From: Escherichia virus TH58
Reading direction: 5' to 3' (one strand)
Sequence record: MT446423.1
Length of the DNA: 64,000 nucleotides
The notes under the pieces were generated by a model that had not been told where the DNA came from, made no database searches, and saw nothing but the letters and a program-made list of their open reading frames with translations. Positions 1 to 9,778 of this stretch are shown one piece after another (the first letter of the stretch is position 1; each line of letters starts with the position of its first letter). The translations under genes were made by a program, and so were the position numbers.

Positions 1-390
1 TCATCTGTTGGAAGTCAAACTATTGAAGTTACTGCAACTATTACTGCAACTGATTACGATAGCAAAACTATTACAGCAGAAGGTCAAGTTCAGGTAACTG
101 ATAGAGTTGCTCCAGAACCAGAAGGTGAACTACCTTATGTTCATCCTCTTCCACATCGTACTTCAGCTTACATCTGGTGCGGATGGTGGGTTATGGATGA
201 AATCCAAAAAATGACCGAAGAAGGTAAAGATTGGAAAACTGAAGATCCAGATAGTAAATATTACTTGCATCGTTACACTCTTCAGAAGATGATGCAAGAT
301 TATCCAGAAGTTGATGTTCAAGAATCACGTAATGGATACATCATTCATAAAACTGCTTTAGAAACTGGTATCATCTATACATATCCATAA
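1..390 (+). CDS. hoc: Hoc-like outer capsid protein, C-terminal fragment (5' end outside window)
   Basis: Frame open from nt 1 to stop 388-390; Ig-like repeat TATITATDYD then W-rich C-terminal domain; sits beside 24.3/24.2/rnlB/24 as in T4. Confidence 0.55.
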   Translation, partial: SSVGSQTIEVTATITATDYDSKTITAEGQVQVTDRVAPEPEGELPYVHPLPHRTSAYIWCGWWVMDEIQKMTEEGKDWKTEDPDSKYYLHRYTLQKMMQDYPEVDVQESRNGYIIHKTALETGIIYTYP

Positions 391-396
391 TCGTAA

Positions 397-415
397 GGGG
401 CTTCGGCCCCTTTCT
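397..415 (+). terminator. intrinsic terminator hairpin GGGGC-TTCG-GCCCC plus T-run
   Basis: GC stem with UUCG loop followed by TTTCTTCGTTTTT directly after hoc stop. Confidence 0.55.
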
Positions 416-452
416 TCGTTTTTAAAGCATACAAAACACAACTTGAGATTGA

Positions 453-462
453 TGTGTATAAT
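453..462 (+). promoter_or_regulatory. possible early promoter -10 (TGTGTATAAT)
   Basis: TATAAT at 457-462 with upstream TG; no clear -35. Confidence 0.3.
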
Positions 463-479
463 GGCACAAACCAAATAAT

Positions 480-686
480 ATGGGATTGATTATGAGAGCT
501 GAAGTTGAAGTTTATACATTACACGAGGCGGGATTTTCATTCGTAGAAATTGCTCAAAAAATCGGTTTACAACCTAAAGAAGTTGGATTACTATGGACTA
601 AAGCCGAGACAGCTCGGTCAAAATTTAAAGCAAAAGAAAAAGTTGTATACCGTAAACGTTTGATTAATAAAAAGGTGAAGAAATGA
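480..686 (+). CDS. small basic protein, possible HTH (T4 24.3 position)
   Basis: 68-aa ORF; FSFVEIAQKIGLQPKEVGLL resembles a helix-turn-helix; lysine-rich tail; start 480 or 492. Confidence 0.4.
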   Translation: MGLIMRAEVEVYTLHEAGFSFVEIAQKIGLQPKEVGLLWTKAETARSKFKAKEKVVYRKRLINKKVKK

Positions 687-934
687 GTTTTGCACAGGAA
701 TTAAGAGAAAGGGCTCTAGCCACTAAAGCTAATTTGTTGAGTGATTTTATTACTAACTTCTCTGTGATGGCAGAGAAAGCCGCTGACAAAGGTCAGACAC
801 AATTCACGTACTATCCATCAAAGAATGATTTAACTATAACTGAACAGGTCGGGCAATGGCTTCGTGATAACGGCTTTCAGTACAAAATTAATCACGACCA
901 ACGTGATGGGCATTGGATAGAAATCAAGTTCTAA
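683..934 (+). CDS. hypothetical protein (T4 24.2 position)
   Basis: 83-aa ORF overlapping upstream stop (ATGA). Confidence 0.4.
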   Translation: MSFAQELRERALATKANLLSDFITNFSVMAEKAADKGQTQFTYYPSKNDLTITEQVGQWLRDNGFQYKINHDQRDGHWIEIKF

Positions 935-937
935 TAT

Positions 938-962
938 GCTTTACATTTTTTGATGGTATAAT
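938..962 (+). promoter_or_regulatory. possible early promoter upstream of rnlB (CTTTAC ... TATAAT)
   Basis: CTTTAC 939-944 and TATAAT 957-962; spacer short, so tentative. Confidence 0.3.
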
Positions 963-1053
963 GAATCTAGGTTCTATCCATTCAAATTAAACATCCGGTC
1001 AGAGATAGAGTCTCTGCTAATTATTTTGATATTATTATTTATAATGGTGATTT

Positions 1054-2052
1054 ATGTTTAAGAAATACAGCAGTCTTGAAAACCACTACAACTCTAAGTT
1101 TATTGAAAAACTCTACACTAATGGTTTGACTACTGGTGTTTGGGTAGCACGTGAGAAAATCCATGGAACCAACTTTAGTTTAATTATTGAACGTGACAAC
1201 GTCACATGCGCCAAGCGCACAGGCCCTATTCTTCTAGCAGAAGATTTTTATGGTTATGAAATCGTACTCAAGAAGTATGATAAAGCTATTAAAGCCGTTC
1301 AGGAATTAATGCACGCAGATCGAGCAGTATCATATCAAGTATTCGGTGAATTCGCTGGTGGTGGAATCCAGAAAGGTGTTGACTACGGTGAAAAAGATTT
1401 TTATGTGTTCGATATCCTTATCAATACAGAAAGTGGTGATAATACGTATTTGACCGATTACGAAATGCAAGATTTCTGTAATGAATTCGGTTTTAAAATG
1501 GCACCAATGCTTGGTCGTGGAACATTTGATTCTCTTATCATGATTCCAAACGACCTTGATTCTGTCTTAGCAGCTTATAATGCTACTGCGTCAGAAGACC
1601 TTGTCGAAGCAAATAATTGCGTATTTGACGCTAATGTTATTGGCGATAATACAGCAGAAGGTTATGTTCTGAAGCCTTGTTTCCCTAAATGGCTGCCAAA
1701 CGGTACTCGTGTAGCTATTAAGTGTAAGAACTCTAAATTCAGTGAAAAGAAAAAGTCTGATAAGCCTATTAAAACTCAGGTTCCATTAACCGAAATTGAC
1801 AAAAACTTGCTTGATGTCCTAGCTTGTTATGTTACATTAAACCGTGTTAATAATGTGATTTCTAAGATTGGGACTGTAACGCCAAAAGATTTTGGCAAAG
1901 TGATGGGATTGACTGTTCAAGATATTCTGGAAGAAACTTCTCGTGAAGGTATTGTATTAACAACATCCGATAATCCGAATCTTGTTAAGAAAGAATTAGT
2001 CCGAATGGTGCAAGATGTTCTGCGTCCTGCATGGATTGAATTAGTATCATAA
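1054..2052 (+). CDS. rnlB: RNA ligase 2 (Rnl2)
   Basis: 332 aa; N-terminus [16 protein letters not shown] and adenylation motif KIHGTN; size and position as T4 Rnl2. Confidence 0.85.
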   Translation: MFKKYSSLENHYNSKFIEKLYTNGLTTGVWVAREKIHGTNFSLIIERDNVTCAKRTGPILLAEDFYGYEIVLKKYDKAIKAVQELMHADRAVSYQVFGEFAGGGIQKGVDYGEKDFYVFDILINTESGDNTYLTDYEMQDFCNEFGFKMAPMLGRGTFDSLIMIPNDLDSVLAAYNATASEDLVEANNCVFDANVIGDNTAEGYVLKPCFPKWLPNGTRVAIKCKNSKFSEKKKSDKPIKTQVPLTEIDKNLLDVLACYVTLNRVNNVISKIGTVTPKDFGKVMGLTVQDILEETSREGIVLTTSDNPNLVKKELVRMVQDVLRPAWIELVS

Positions 2053-2086
2053 CAAAAAAAAAAGGGACCTTACGGTCCCTTTTTTA
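2053..2086. terminator. bidirectional intrinsic terminator between convergent rnlB and gene 24
   Basis: A-run, GGGACC-TTAC-GGTCCC hairpin (2064-2079), T-run. Confidence 0.7.
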
Positions 2087-3367
2087 TTCATCTATAATAA
2101 TTTTAGGCAATTTAACACCGAGTAAAACAGACAAGTCTGAACGTCCTGCCATTTTATCCATGTCCCCACCATCAATTATTCTCGCTTCTTTTTCGTCTTT
2201 TGCTACTGTGTAAGGATTTGCTGATAAAGCATATCTAACCAATAATCCGATAGACGGTTGCAAGCTTTCTGGATCAACTACAACTTTAAAAGCACCGACG
2301 TGTTCTGGGTCATCTAAATCTACTCCTTCAGTGTATGGAGCATAAAAGACAGACCCTACAATTTCTTTTTCGCCGAGATTTTCTACAACACCCACAATAA
2401 CATAATCTAATGGGCTGTTGGTATCGCAGTAAAGAGGTAATCCATTTGCCAAGAATCCATAAGCATTTTGTGAAAGATACTTGTCATCTTCTGGCTTATG
2501 TTTTAACCAACCAGAAGCAGCAAGAATAGCAGCTGCACGAGCTGAGGCTACACAAAACGTTGCAGTATAAGTTGTCTCTTTTTGAATGTGTGATACCATT
2601 TCGCATACCATTCGATATAACGAACGACCTGCTTCTGGAGCGGATGCATAGCTCAAGTCAATAAATCCAGTGTCAGTAATTCCAGTAACTTTATAGCGTT
2701 TCGATACAGTAATTAAAGACTGAAGAATATCTTTATTAATTTCATCAGCCATTTCAGTAGCAAGCAAATCTTCTAAGAAGTTAGGGGCATCAAATCCATT
2801 CGCTTCCAAATCTTGCGCTAATTCAACCGTGAGACCAGTTTTAAGTTTACGAGATTTGACTGAAGTTTGCCATTTATTAATCTGGAATCTTGCATCAGAA
2901 ATTTCGCTGCCAGAGCTTTCAAATTTGCTTGTTACCGCTGCATCTGAAAATAACCGTACCTTTAAATGAACGACTGCAATCTGAAGAGCTAATTCTAGAT
3001 CACTTTCTTGAATATCTGCAAATGGTGTATCTTCTAACACTTTATAGACGATATTATTATATTTGAAAAAATCGCCTTTATTTAGTGTGGCTTTTGATTC
3101 TTCTGTGAGCTCAGTAATTTTTTCTCGGTCTACATATCCAACTTCGCCTGCATAAGTAGCACCAGTTTTAAATGTGAATTCGTTATCTGGGTTAAGATAT
3201 TTGATACCATAAAAAGCAGCAACAGGCTGATTAGTTCTTTGTGTTGCTACAATGTCAGAATATATTAATTTAGTCGTAGCGCGAGTCAAAGCAACGAGAT
3301 TTGGGCGACCGATTGAGTTGCTGGTAGACGTTGTAGATTCACGCAATAATTTTTGGATTTTACTCAT
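2084..3367 (-). CDS. 24: head vertex protein gp24
   Basis: 427 aa, same length as T4 gp24; capsid-fold similarity to gp23; synteny. Confidence 0.9.
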   Translation of the reverse strand: MSKIQKLLRESTTSTSNSIGRPNLVALTRATTKLIYSDIVATQRTNQPVAAFYGIKYLNPDNEFTFKTGATYAGEVGYVDREKITELTEESKATLNKGDFFKYNNIVYKVLEDTPFADIQESDLELALQIAVVHLKVRLFSDAAVTSKFESSGSEISDARFQINKWQTSVKSRKLKTGLTVELAQDLEANGFDAPNFLEDLLATEMADEINKDILQSLITVSKRYKVTGITDTGFIDLSYASAPEAGRSLYRMVCEMVSHIQKETTYTATFCVASARAAAILAASGWLKHKPEDDKYLSQNAYGFLANGLPLYCDTNSPLDYVIVGVVENLGEKEIVGSVFYAPYTEGVDLDDPEHVGAFKVVVDPESLQPSIGLLVRYALSANPYTVAKDEKEARIIDGGDMDKMAGRSDLSVLLGVKLPKIIIDE

Positions 3368-3394
3368 TGCATTTTTTCCTTATGTGATATAGAT

Positions 3395-3402
3395 TATTTA
3401 TA
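3395..3402 (-). promoter_or_regulatory. late promoter TATAAATA for gene 24
   Basis: TATAAATA on minus strand about 30 nt upstream of gp24 ATG. Confidence 0.6.
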
Positions 3403-3408
3403 AAGATT

Positions 3409-3439
3409 GTTTACAACGTATTTGGTATGTGATACTATA
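3409..3439 (+). promoter_or_regulatory. early promoter cassette (GTTTAC-N17-TGTGATACTATAG)
   Basis: Member of the dispersed GTTTAC/TGnTAYWRTA family; 30 nt upstream of ORF 3469. Confidence 0.5.
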
Positions 3440-3468
3440 GACTTATCAACTACAGAGGAGTAAACAAA

Positions 3469-3738
3469 ATGACTAAAGCACGTTTCTTACGAGATACTTT
3501 AAAAGTTCTGGAAGCTGAAGCAGTTAAGTTAGTAGAAAAATATGGTGCAAAAGTTAATGGTAATGCCTTCAACAAAGTATGGATGAAAGTTGATTCTGAA
3601 GCTCGAGCTAAAGGTTATTGGGCCACTGATAAACTTGCATCATTCAAAAACAAAGACGGCTCCCCAGCATACGTCCAAGAAGGTATGCCTAATTGGCAAA
3701 ATATTTTGAAAACTTACATCGAAATTGCACAGAAATAA
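3469..3738 (+). CDS. hypothetical early protein inserted between genes 24 and 23
   Basis: 89-aa ORF with GAGGAG RBS, own early promoter, opposite strand to flanking late genes. Confidence 0.45.
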   Translation: MTKARFLRDTLKVLEAEAVKLVEKYGAKVNGNAFNKVWMKVDSEARAKGYWATDKLASFKNKDGSPAYVQEGMPNWQNILKTYIEIAQK

Positions 3739-3748
3739 AACCAAAAAT

Positions 3749-3766
3749 GGGAGACCGAAGTCTCCC
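3749..3766 (-). terminator. hairpin GGGAGAC-CGAA-GTCTCCC; T-run on minus strand (gene 23 terminator)
   Basis: Stem-loop directly downstream of gp23 stop on minus strand followed by U-run in that orientation. Confidence 0.55.
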
Positions 3767-3795
3767 ATAAGGTTATGTATTTTAACGTTAAAGCA

Positions 3796-5364
3796 TTAAA
3801 TTCCTTTAACGTAGACGCGTCTAAAGTAAGCGTTCTTACCAAGGCTGTTCAGGATAGACGGCATACCGGACTGGATGCGAGCACCTGGAGCCTGCAGGGA
3901 ACTTTCAGCAAACGGGTTAACACCGATACCGTAACGAGTTTTAAAGCCCATTACCGGCTGGAAGTTCTTAGGATCGGAACCACGCAGTGGGGTAAGTGCA
4001 ACGTAAGGAGCATAGTAAATACCTGCATCCATTTCGTTAGCGCCTTTGTAACCAACGGTGAAGTAATCCTGTTTAGCATACTGGTCGATGTATACGCGGT
4101 ATTTACCGCCAAGTACACCGGCAAATACAGACTTAGTAGTGTCGGTATTAAAACCAGAAGCCAGACCCTGTGCAGCATAAGAAATACCAGTATCAACTGA
4201 AGCCAGTACGTTAACTACGTTACGGGAAGCGATAATGAAGTTACCTTCACCACGACCGGTTTGACGAGCAATTTCAACTGCTTCTTTATCAATCTGGAAC
4301 AACAGAGCTTTAAAGCTTTCACCGGCCCAACGAGCACCACGGATATCAATCGGGTCCTGGAAGTCAAATACACCAGCTTTAGAACCAACGATATTAGTCA
4401 TACCAGATTTACCAACCTGAGCGGAGTAGTTAATCCAGTCAACAACTTCACGGTTGATTTCCAGCATAATTTCAGTAGCAAGAATACCACTCAGTTCAGC
4501 ATCAGCATCCATACCGTGTACTGCACGGAGGTCTTGTGCCAATTCGATAGAGTAAGCTGCTTTCAGCTGACGAGATTTAGCTTCAATAACTTGTTTGTCG
4601 ATACGGAAGCCCATTTCGTTCCACGGGTTGTCGGTAGAACCATTGAAGCCTTCCTGAAGTTCAGCGATAGAAGTAGCCATACCTTCAGCGATTTCTACCA
4701 GTGCACCAGCTTCCATTTGTTTCTTAATTTCAGCGTCTAATTTAGTTGCATCGGTAGCGCCAGCATCAATTGTTACTACAGCGGAAGCTTGTAGATACAC
4801 AGTACCAGTGTCCTGGAAGAAGTGAGTATAGATATCACCTACAACGGTTTGTGTGCTATCAGCCAGAAGTGGGAATTTCTTAGCAGCACCCTGACCAGAG
4901 AACATCGCGTCCGGAGCATACATCGGATGGAAAGCTTCTTTAGCGTCAGCAGCGATAGGGTCTTTACCATATACTGCACGGAGAGCAAATACCTGACCGG
5001 TAGGGCTGTTCATAGGCTGAACACCACAAATATCAAAAGCGATCAGATTAGGAATAGCACGACGAACCATACCCATAACTGCTGGCCCAATTTGGGTTAC
5101 TGCACCAGAGGTTTGACCTGCTGCGATGTTCTGAGCATTATAACCATGGTCCCCACCAATTTCAGCTTCGGTCAAGAAAGAACCAAATGCCTGAGCGATT
5201 TTCTCGTCTTTATATTCAGGGGATACTTCGAAATCTTTTTCCTGGTTTTCGAAGATTTTAGCGATAATAGCCTGCTTGCTATTAGCGATTTCCGGCAGGC
5301 CTTCACCTTCCAGCAGTTCTTTCCATTTGTCTACGAGCTGAGCTTTAGTTTTGATAGTAGTCAT
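3796..5364 (-). CDS. 23: major capsid protein gp23
   Basis: 522 aa; N-terminus MTTIKTKAQLVDKWKELLEGEGLPEIANSKQAIIAKIFENQEKDFEVSPEY matches T4 gp23. Confidence 0.95.
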   Translation of the reverse strand: MTTIKTKAQLVDKWKELLEGEGLPEIANSKQAIIAKIFENQEKDFEVSPEYKDEKIAQAFGSFLTEAEIGGDHGYNAQNIAAGQTSGAVTQIGPAVMGMVRRAIPNLIAFDICGVQPMNSPTGQVFALRAVYGKDPIAADAKEAFHPMYAPDAMFSGQGAAKKFPLLADSTQTVVGDIYTHFFQDTGTVYLQASAVVTIDAGATDATKLDAEIKKQMEAGALVEIAEGMATSIAELQEGFNGSTDNPWNEMGFRIDKQVIEAKSRQLKAAYSIELAQDLRAVHGMDADAELSGILATEIMLEINREVVDWINYSAQVGKSGMTNIVGSKAGVFDFQDPIDIRGARWAGESFKALLFQIDKEAVEIARQTGRGEGNFIIASRNVVNVLASVDTGISYAAQGLASGFNTDTTKSVFAGVLGGKYRVYIDQYAKQDYFTVGYKGANEMDAGIYYAPYVALTPLRGSDPKNFQPVMGFKTRYGIGVNPFAESSLQAPGARIQSGMPSILNSLGKNAYFRRVYVKGI

Positions 5365-5381
5365 TTGTGTTAACCTTTAAA

Positions 5382-6194
5382 TTAGAAACGAGATGCGACT
5401 TTCGCATATAAACTTACATTAGAATTCTGTTCTACCTGAGTTGTGGTAGTGTCAACTGCTTCGGCAACAAAATTAAGACCGGCAGCGTCATTGTCAACTG
5501 TATTTATATTTTCGGTAATAGCGGCTTCTTCTTTAGTAGAACCTTTAACCATTTCTACAATAGCAGTTAACTTAGTACCAAATGCGTCAGAATAATCCAT
5601 ACCTTCAACCAGGCCAATAACTTTTTCTTTCTGAGATTCAGTCAGGTCTTTTACACTTTCATTAATAGCGGTTTCACGCTGAACGTAATTGATATATGCA
5701 TCACGTTTGGTAACTTCTTCGAACAAACGAGCGGTTTCTTCTTTATGTTCGGCCAGCTCTTCTTCCATTTCTGCTACAACATCTACAGATTCTTCTGGAA
5801 CGACAACGTTATGTTCAACAAACAGTTCTTTCAGACCACCAAGCATGGATTCGAACAAATCAGCTTTAATGCCTTTATCAACTGCGATTTGGTTTTCTGC
5901 GAGCCATTCTTTTGCAAGATGGTCTAGGAATTTAGAAGCTTGTTCAGCCAATTTTTTATCAGCTTTCTCTTCAGCATCTTCTTTAGCCTTTTCAACTTCT
6001 TCTTCAGCCTTTTCGGCGATGGCTTTGATATGAGATTCAGCCAGTTTGACTGCTTCCTGCTTAACGGTGGCTTCGAATACAGTGCTGAAATTAGCTTTAA
6101 CGTCCGGAGACAGTTCTACTGATTCGAAAACACTATTAAGAGCAACTGAAGTCTCGATGTTCTGAGCTTCTTTCAAAAGTTGTTCTTTGATCAT
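5382..6194 (-). CDS. 22: prohead core scaffolding protein gp22
   Basis: 270 aa, acidic coiled-coil-rich; position and size as T4 gp22. Confidence 0.8.
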   Translation of the reverse strand: MIKEQLLKEAQNIETSVALNSVFESVELSPDVKANFSTVFEATVKQEAVKLAESHIKAIAEKAEEEVEKAKEDAEEKADKKLAEQASKFLDHLAKEWLAENQIAVDKGIKADLFESMLGGLKELFVEHNVVVPEESVDVVAEMEEELAEHKEETARLFEEVTKRDAYINYVQRETAINESVKDLTESQKEKVIGLVEGMDYSDAFGTKLTAIVEMVKGSTKEEAAITENINTVDNDAAGLNFVAEAVDTTTTQVEQNSNVSLYAKVASRF

Positions 6195-6224
6195 TTTAGT
6201 GTCCTGTGGTTTAGATTACATTAT

Positions 6225-6232
6225 TATTTATA
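6225..6232 (-). promoter_or_regulatory. late promoter TATAAATA for gene 22
   Basis: Minus-strand TATAAATA 31 nt upstream of gp22 ATG, overlapping gp21 stop. Confidence 0.6.
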
Positions 6233-6869
6233 ATGCTTTTAAACTCTCTGCGAGAGCTTTAAATGCTTCGTCAGCACTGTTTTTGGTGATTTCCACCGAA
6301 TTTTCTGATTCTGATATTTGTTTAGGAGTAACCCAAGCATCTGGAGCAGAAGGTCCCCATACAGCATCTACGCCGACGGTTAATTTAAATCCTTCGTTAA
6401 CGATACGGTACCCTTTATTGGTGTCGGTTAAAGAACCAAGACCACGAGAGGAAACACCTGGAATCCAACCAGCTCGTATATTAGCAGCTAATTTATCGCC
6501 GGGACCATGGTCGCCTTCAATAATTCTAGCACGTCCATATACATCGTTTCCTTTCCACCACATATCTTCAATAATGATAGCGGCTTGCATGGGGTCAACA
6601 TTTGCACGAGGTGGATGGTTTAATTCTCCAAGGGCTTGTTTGGTTGCGACTTGTTCTTTAATATAGTCACTTACTGCTTTTTCTAAAACGCGTTTAGGAT
6701 ATAAACGTTTATTTCGGTTAACAACCTCTGCCTGAAGAAAAATACCTTCTATATAAAGCCCTGGTTTTAAGCCAGAATCTTTTCCATCATGAGATTCCAA
6801 CATTGGAACGCCATCAATAATCTCACCGGGTTGACCCCAAGTTTCAATAAGTAACTCGGGTTTATTCAT
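6228..6869 (-). CDS. 21: prohead core protease gp21
   Basis: 213 aa; size and synteny with T4 gp21 (212 aa). Confidence 0.85.
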   Translation of the reverse strand: MNKPELLIETWGQPGEIIDGVPMLESHDGKDSGLKPGLYIEGIFLQAEVVNRNKRLYPKRVLEKAVSDYIKEQVATKQALGELNHPPRANVDPMQAAIIIEDMWWKGNDVYGRARIIEGDHGPGDKLAANIRAGWIPGVSSRGLGSLTDTNKGYRIVNEGFKLTVGVDAVWGPSAPDAWVTPKQISESENSVEITKNSADEAFKALAESLKAL

Positions 6870-7294
6870 TAGCTTAATCCTAATGCTTTACGACGTTTAA
6901 GAGCTTTTTTACGCTTACGCAAGCCTTTAACTTGGCCTGAAGGGTTAGCTTTTTTAGCTTTAACGACCTTACGAGCGATTTGTCTACGTTTTGCTTTAGA
7001 AAGACCGGTTGTTTGGAACGCGTTACGTTCACGAGTTTTACGGTCTTTAGTGCGGGTGACTTCACCACGAGAAGAAACATGTTTAACGATAAACTCGTTT
7101 AACTGTTCTTCATTAATAATGGAAGCCATTGCAACAGCTAAATCCGTTTCAGTTTCAAGCATGTTCTCGATAATAGTATTTATATCGTCAATATCGAGAG
7201 CAGAAGACAATGCATCGATTCGGCCCTGTGCTTCAGGAATAAGTGCTTCGACATTTTCGAGTACCAATTCATAAGATTCAGGGATAAGATACAT
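6869..7294 (-). CDS. 68: prohead core protein gp68
   Basis: 141 aa as T4 gp68; basic C-terminus; synteny. Confidence 0.7.
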   Translation of the reverse strand: MYLIPESYELVLENVEALIPEAQGRIDALSSALDIDDINTIIENMLETETDLAVAMASIINEEQLNEFIVKHVSSRGEVTRTKDRKTRERNAFQTTGLSKAKRRQIARKVVKAKKANPSGQVKGLRKRKKALKRRKALGLS

Positions 7295-7518
7295 TATTCA
7301 TCGTCCTCATCGTCTTCGTCGTCATCGCCTTCATCAGCGTCGTCTTCCGAAGCTTTCTTTTCTTCTTCAGGTTCTTCGCCTTCAATCAAAAATTGAGAAG
7401 CGATTTCTGCTTTGCGTGCTTCAATCAAACGAACCGTTTTTTCTGCCATTGCACTTTCAAAAAACTTTCGAGTAGCAACGAGGTCGTTTGATTTAATAGC
7501 TTGAATTAAATCGTCCAT
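7294..7518 (-). CDS. 67: prohead core protein gp67
   Basis: 74 aa with poly-acidic C-terminus; position as T4 gp67. Confidence 0.65.
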   Translation of the reverse strand: MDDLIQAIKSNDLVATRKFFESAMAEKTVRLIEARKAEIASQFLIEGEEPEEEKKASEDDADEGDDDEDDEDDE

Positions 7519-9089
7519 TAAAAATCCTCTTGTTCTTGGTCGGGGTCTTGGAAACGAGCCTCTTTCGACTCTTCTTCAATTTGCTTAGCCTCTTGTTCAA
7601 TTTCCTCGTCAGACATCTGAAGAATATCTTTCATAGCTGTTCTGTGAGAAATATATTTACCAATAAATGGTTCGGCCATCTGAAGCATATTAATGCGACG
7701 CTCCAGAATCTCAGCATCCTTTAATTCCGAGAAATAACTATCCCGATGAAATTTTATCTTAATATTATTTATTTCATCATTCCACTCATCTTCTGTAATA
7801 ATTCCTTTAAGAATTAAATTAGTTTTAAGCGGGTCTAGGAATATCTCTTCAAATTTATGTTGCAGCTCACGAATAAATTTACCAAATGACAATTCATCTC
7901 GTGTAATAGAAGTACCAGCATCAAACTGTATACCACCTTGGTCACTTGGAATACGGGTAATAGGAATACGTAAAGCCATATAAAGCGCATTACGGAACCA
8001 ACGTACATCTTCCATATTTCCAGTATTATCTGCACCCGGTAATGTGTCAACTTCTGTTACTGCTTTACCATCACGTCGTTGTAACCAATAATCTTCGGTC
8101 ATTGACATAATATGCTGTTGGTTTTTAATCTTGCCTGTAGTAGCATCATATGCAATACGGTTTTTCATCGTATTCATAACATGTTGCATATGTTCTGCTG
8201 CTTTTCTTGAAGGCATATTACCCGTATCAACGTACCATACACGACGATCGGGAGCACGAGTAATACGATAAATTACGACGGCATCTTCAAGAAGTTTTAA
8301 TTGGTTCGCTGGCTTAATAGCCCGATGCAAATAACCGATGATATTTTTACCACAACAATCAACTAAACCAGAATGGGCATAAACAATCGCGGCTTTAGGG
8401 ATTTTTATTTTTGTGCCAGCTTCATATATGCGTCCATCACAAGCATAAGATTCGTGTGATGTGTCATAAATGAAATATTCTTTATAACCCTTGACTATTT
8501 TAACACCGGCTTCAGTGGTTGTAATAACTTCACGGACATACTGAACTTGACGTGGGTCTAAACGACGAAGCTCTTTAATACCTTCTTTAGGGCGTTTAGG
8601 GTCAATAATTTTATGGAAGAAAATTCGAGAATCCACATACCAACGTCTAAAATGATCTGAACCTTTACGTTGGAAAGATAAATGATTTAACACTTCATTA
8701 AATTCATCCAACATCATTGATTTGATATTTGGACTAAATTTTGTGTTGTCTAAATTTATAGAAACGACTTCTGTATCATCTTCATACACGATAGCATCGG
8801 AAACTATTTCAGAGACAGCGTTATCCACTTCATAGTTCGTCATCAAATTTCGATACGTATCGATTAATTCACGGGTTGATTTGAGCCCTGGTTCTTGACT
8901 ACCGAACATTCTCTGAAACATAGCATTATATGTTTGCTGTGCTTCATTTTCAGATACTTCGTATTCTTTAGCGCCGTCGTCTAATTTTGGTGTGGTGATA
9001 GATTCTAAATTTTCTTTTTCTTGGTCTTTGTAATCACGTTCGTCCATTTTTGCCCATGGAGCAAACAAACTTAAGATATTAAATTTCAT
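7518..9089 (-). CDS. 20: portal vertex protein gp20
   Basis: 523 aa; size and synteny with T4 gp20 (524 aa). Confidence 0.9.
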   Translation of the reverse strand: MKFNILSLFAPWAKMDERDYKDQEKENLESITTPKLDDGAKEYEVSENEAQQTYNAMFQRMFGSQEPGLKSTRELIDTYRNLMTNYEVDNAVSEIVSDAIVYEDDTEVVSINLDNTKFSPNIKSMMLDEFNEVLNHLSFQRKGSDHFRRWYVDSRIFFHKIIDPKRPKEGIKELRRLDPRQVQYVREVITTTEAGVKIVKGYKEYFIYDTSHESYACDGRIYEAGTKIKIPKAAIVYAHSGLVDCCGKNIIGYLHRAIKPANQLKLLEDAVVIYRITRAPDRRVWYVDTGNMPSRKAAEHMQHVMNTMKNRIAYDATTGKIKNQQHIMSMTEDYWLQRRDGKAVTEVDTLPGADNTGNMEDVRWFRNALYMALRIPITRIPSDQGGIQFDAGTSITRDELSFGKFIRELQHKFEEIFLDPLKTNLILKGIITEDEWNDEINNIKIKFHRDSYFSELKDAEILERRINMLQMAEPFIGKYISHRTAMKDILQMSDEEIEQEAKQIEEESKEARFQDPDQEQEDF

Positions 9090-9117
9090 TGTATTCTCCG
9101 AATGGGAATTATAGTTA

Positions 9118-9125
9118 TATTTATA
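9118..9125 (-). promoter_or_regulatory. late promoter TATAAATA for gene 20
   Basis: Minus-strand TATAAATA about 30 nt upstream of gp20 ATG. Confidence 0.6.
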
Positions 9126-9173
9126 TGGACTTCTCCGTCATCACGGGAAGCTGGGGATTTCTCCCCAACCAGA

Positions 9174-9665
9174 TTATTCCCACCAATCAAGAGCAAGAGT
9201 TACTTCAAACGTTTCAATCTCGTTATTGCTGTCCCAGTCAAGAGATACTTCACCAACGTTAGTAGGCCACAAGCCAACAATTTCAACTTCTTTAGTGACC
9301 GTTTTAGCATCACGAGCAAATTGACGAACGATAGCAGTCTTTTTATATTCAGCAGGTTTACCACCGGTAATTTCATTACCTTGTCCTGCTGCAATTCCTT
9401 GCCAATCAACAAATTTCTGACGAATGCTATGAGCATCATCGTTCATTACTGTAATAGTCCAATCATCGAATGTACGATCACCAGCCACGTTAATTTTACG
9501 GTTCATATAAGAAACAGGAACCTTTTCAACGATCGCAGCAGGAAGAGCCGTAGCACGACACTGGAAGCTAAAGTTTTGCCCAAGATAAGAGATTTCTACT
9601 TCAAACAGGTTAGGGCGAGCGAAATCACCTGATTCGAAGGCACGAGTTACGTCATCTACAAACAT
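9174..9665 (-). CDS. 19: tail tube protein gp19
   Basis: 163 aa as T4 gp19; synteny. Confidence 0.9.
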   Translation of the reverse strand: MFVDDVTRAFESGDFARPNLFEVEISYLGQNFSFQCRATALPAAIVEKVPVSYMNRKINVAGDRTFDDWTITVMNDDAHSIRQKFVDWQGIAAGQGNEITGGKPAEYKKTAIVRQFARDAKTVTKEVEIVGLWPTNVGEVSLDWDSNNEIETFEVTLALDWWE

Positions 9666-9738
9666 ATTAGCCTCTGTAGTAATATGGGCTTAGGATTAAC
9701 CAGATGCCCATAGAATTAATTTTTAAACGATATAGTTA

Positions 9739-9746
9739 TATTTATA
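9739..9746 (-). promoter_or_regulatory. late promoter TATAAATA (gene 19)
   Basis: Minus-strand TATAAATA in the 18/19 intergenic region; embedded in a 19-nt duplicate of the gene 20 promoter. Confidence 0.5.
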
Positions 9747-9778
9747 TGGGCTACCGAAATAGCCCATCAGGCGTCTTA

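Noticed and set aside
1036-1047. TATTTATAAT immediately upstream of rnlB as a promoter
   Set aside because: Only 9 nt from the ATG, too close for a sigma-70 or late promoter with a normal leader; left unannotated.
3775-5373. Plus-strand ORFs of 141, 159 and 183 aa inside the gp23 gene
   Set aside because: Antisense to a highly conserved capsid gene, no RBS, low-complexity translation; artefacts of an AT-rich opposite strand.
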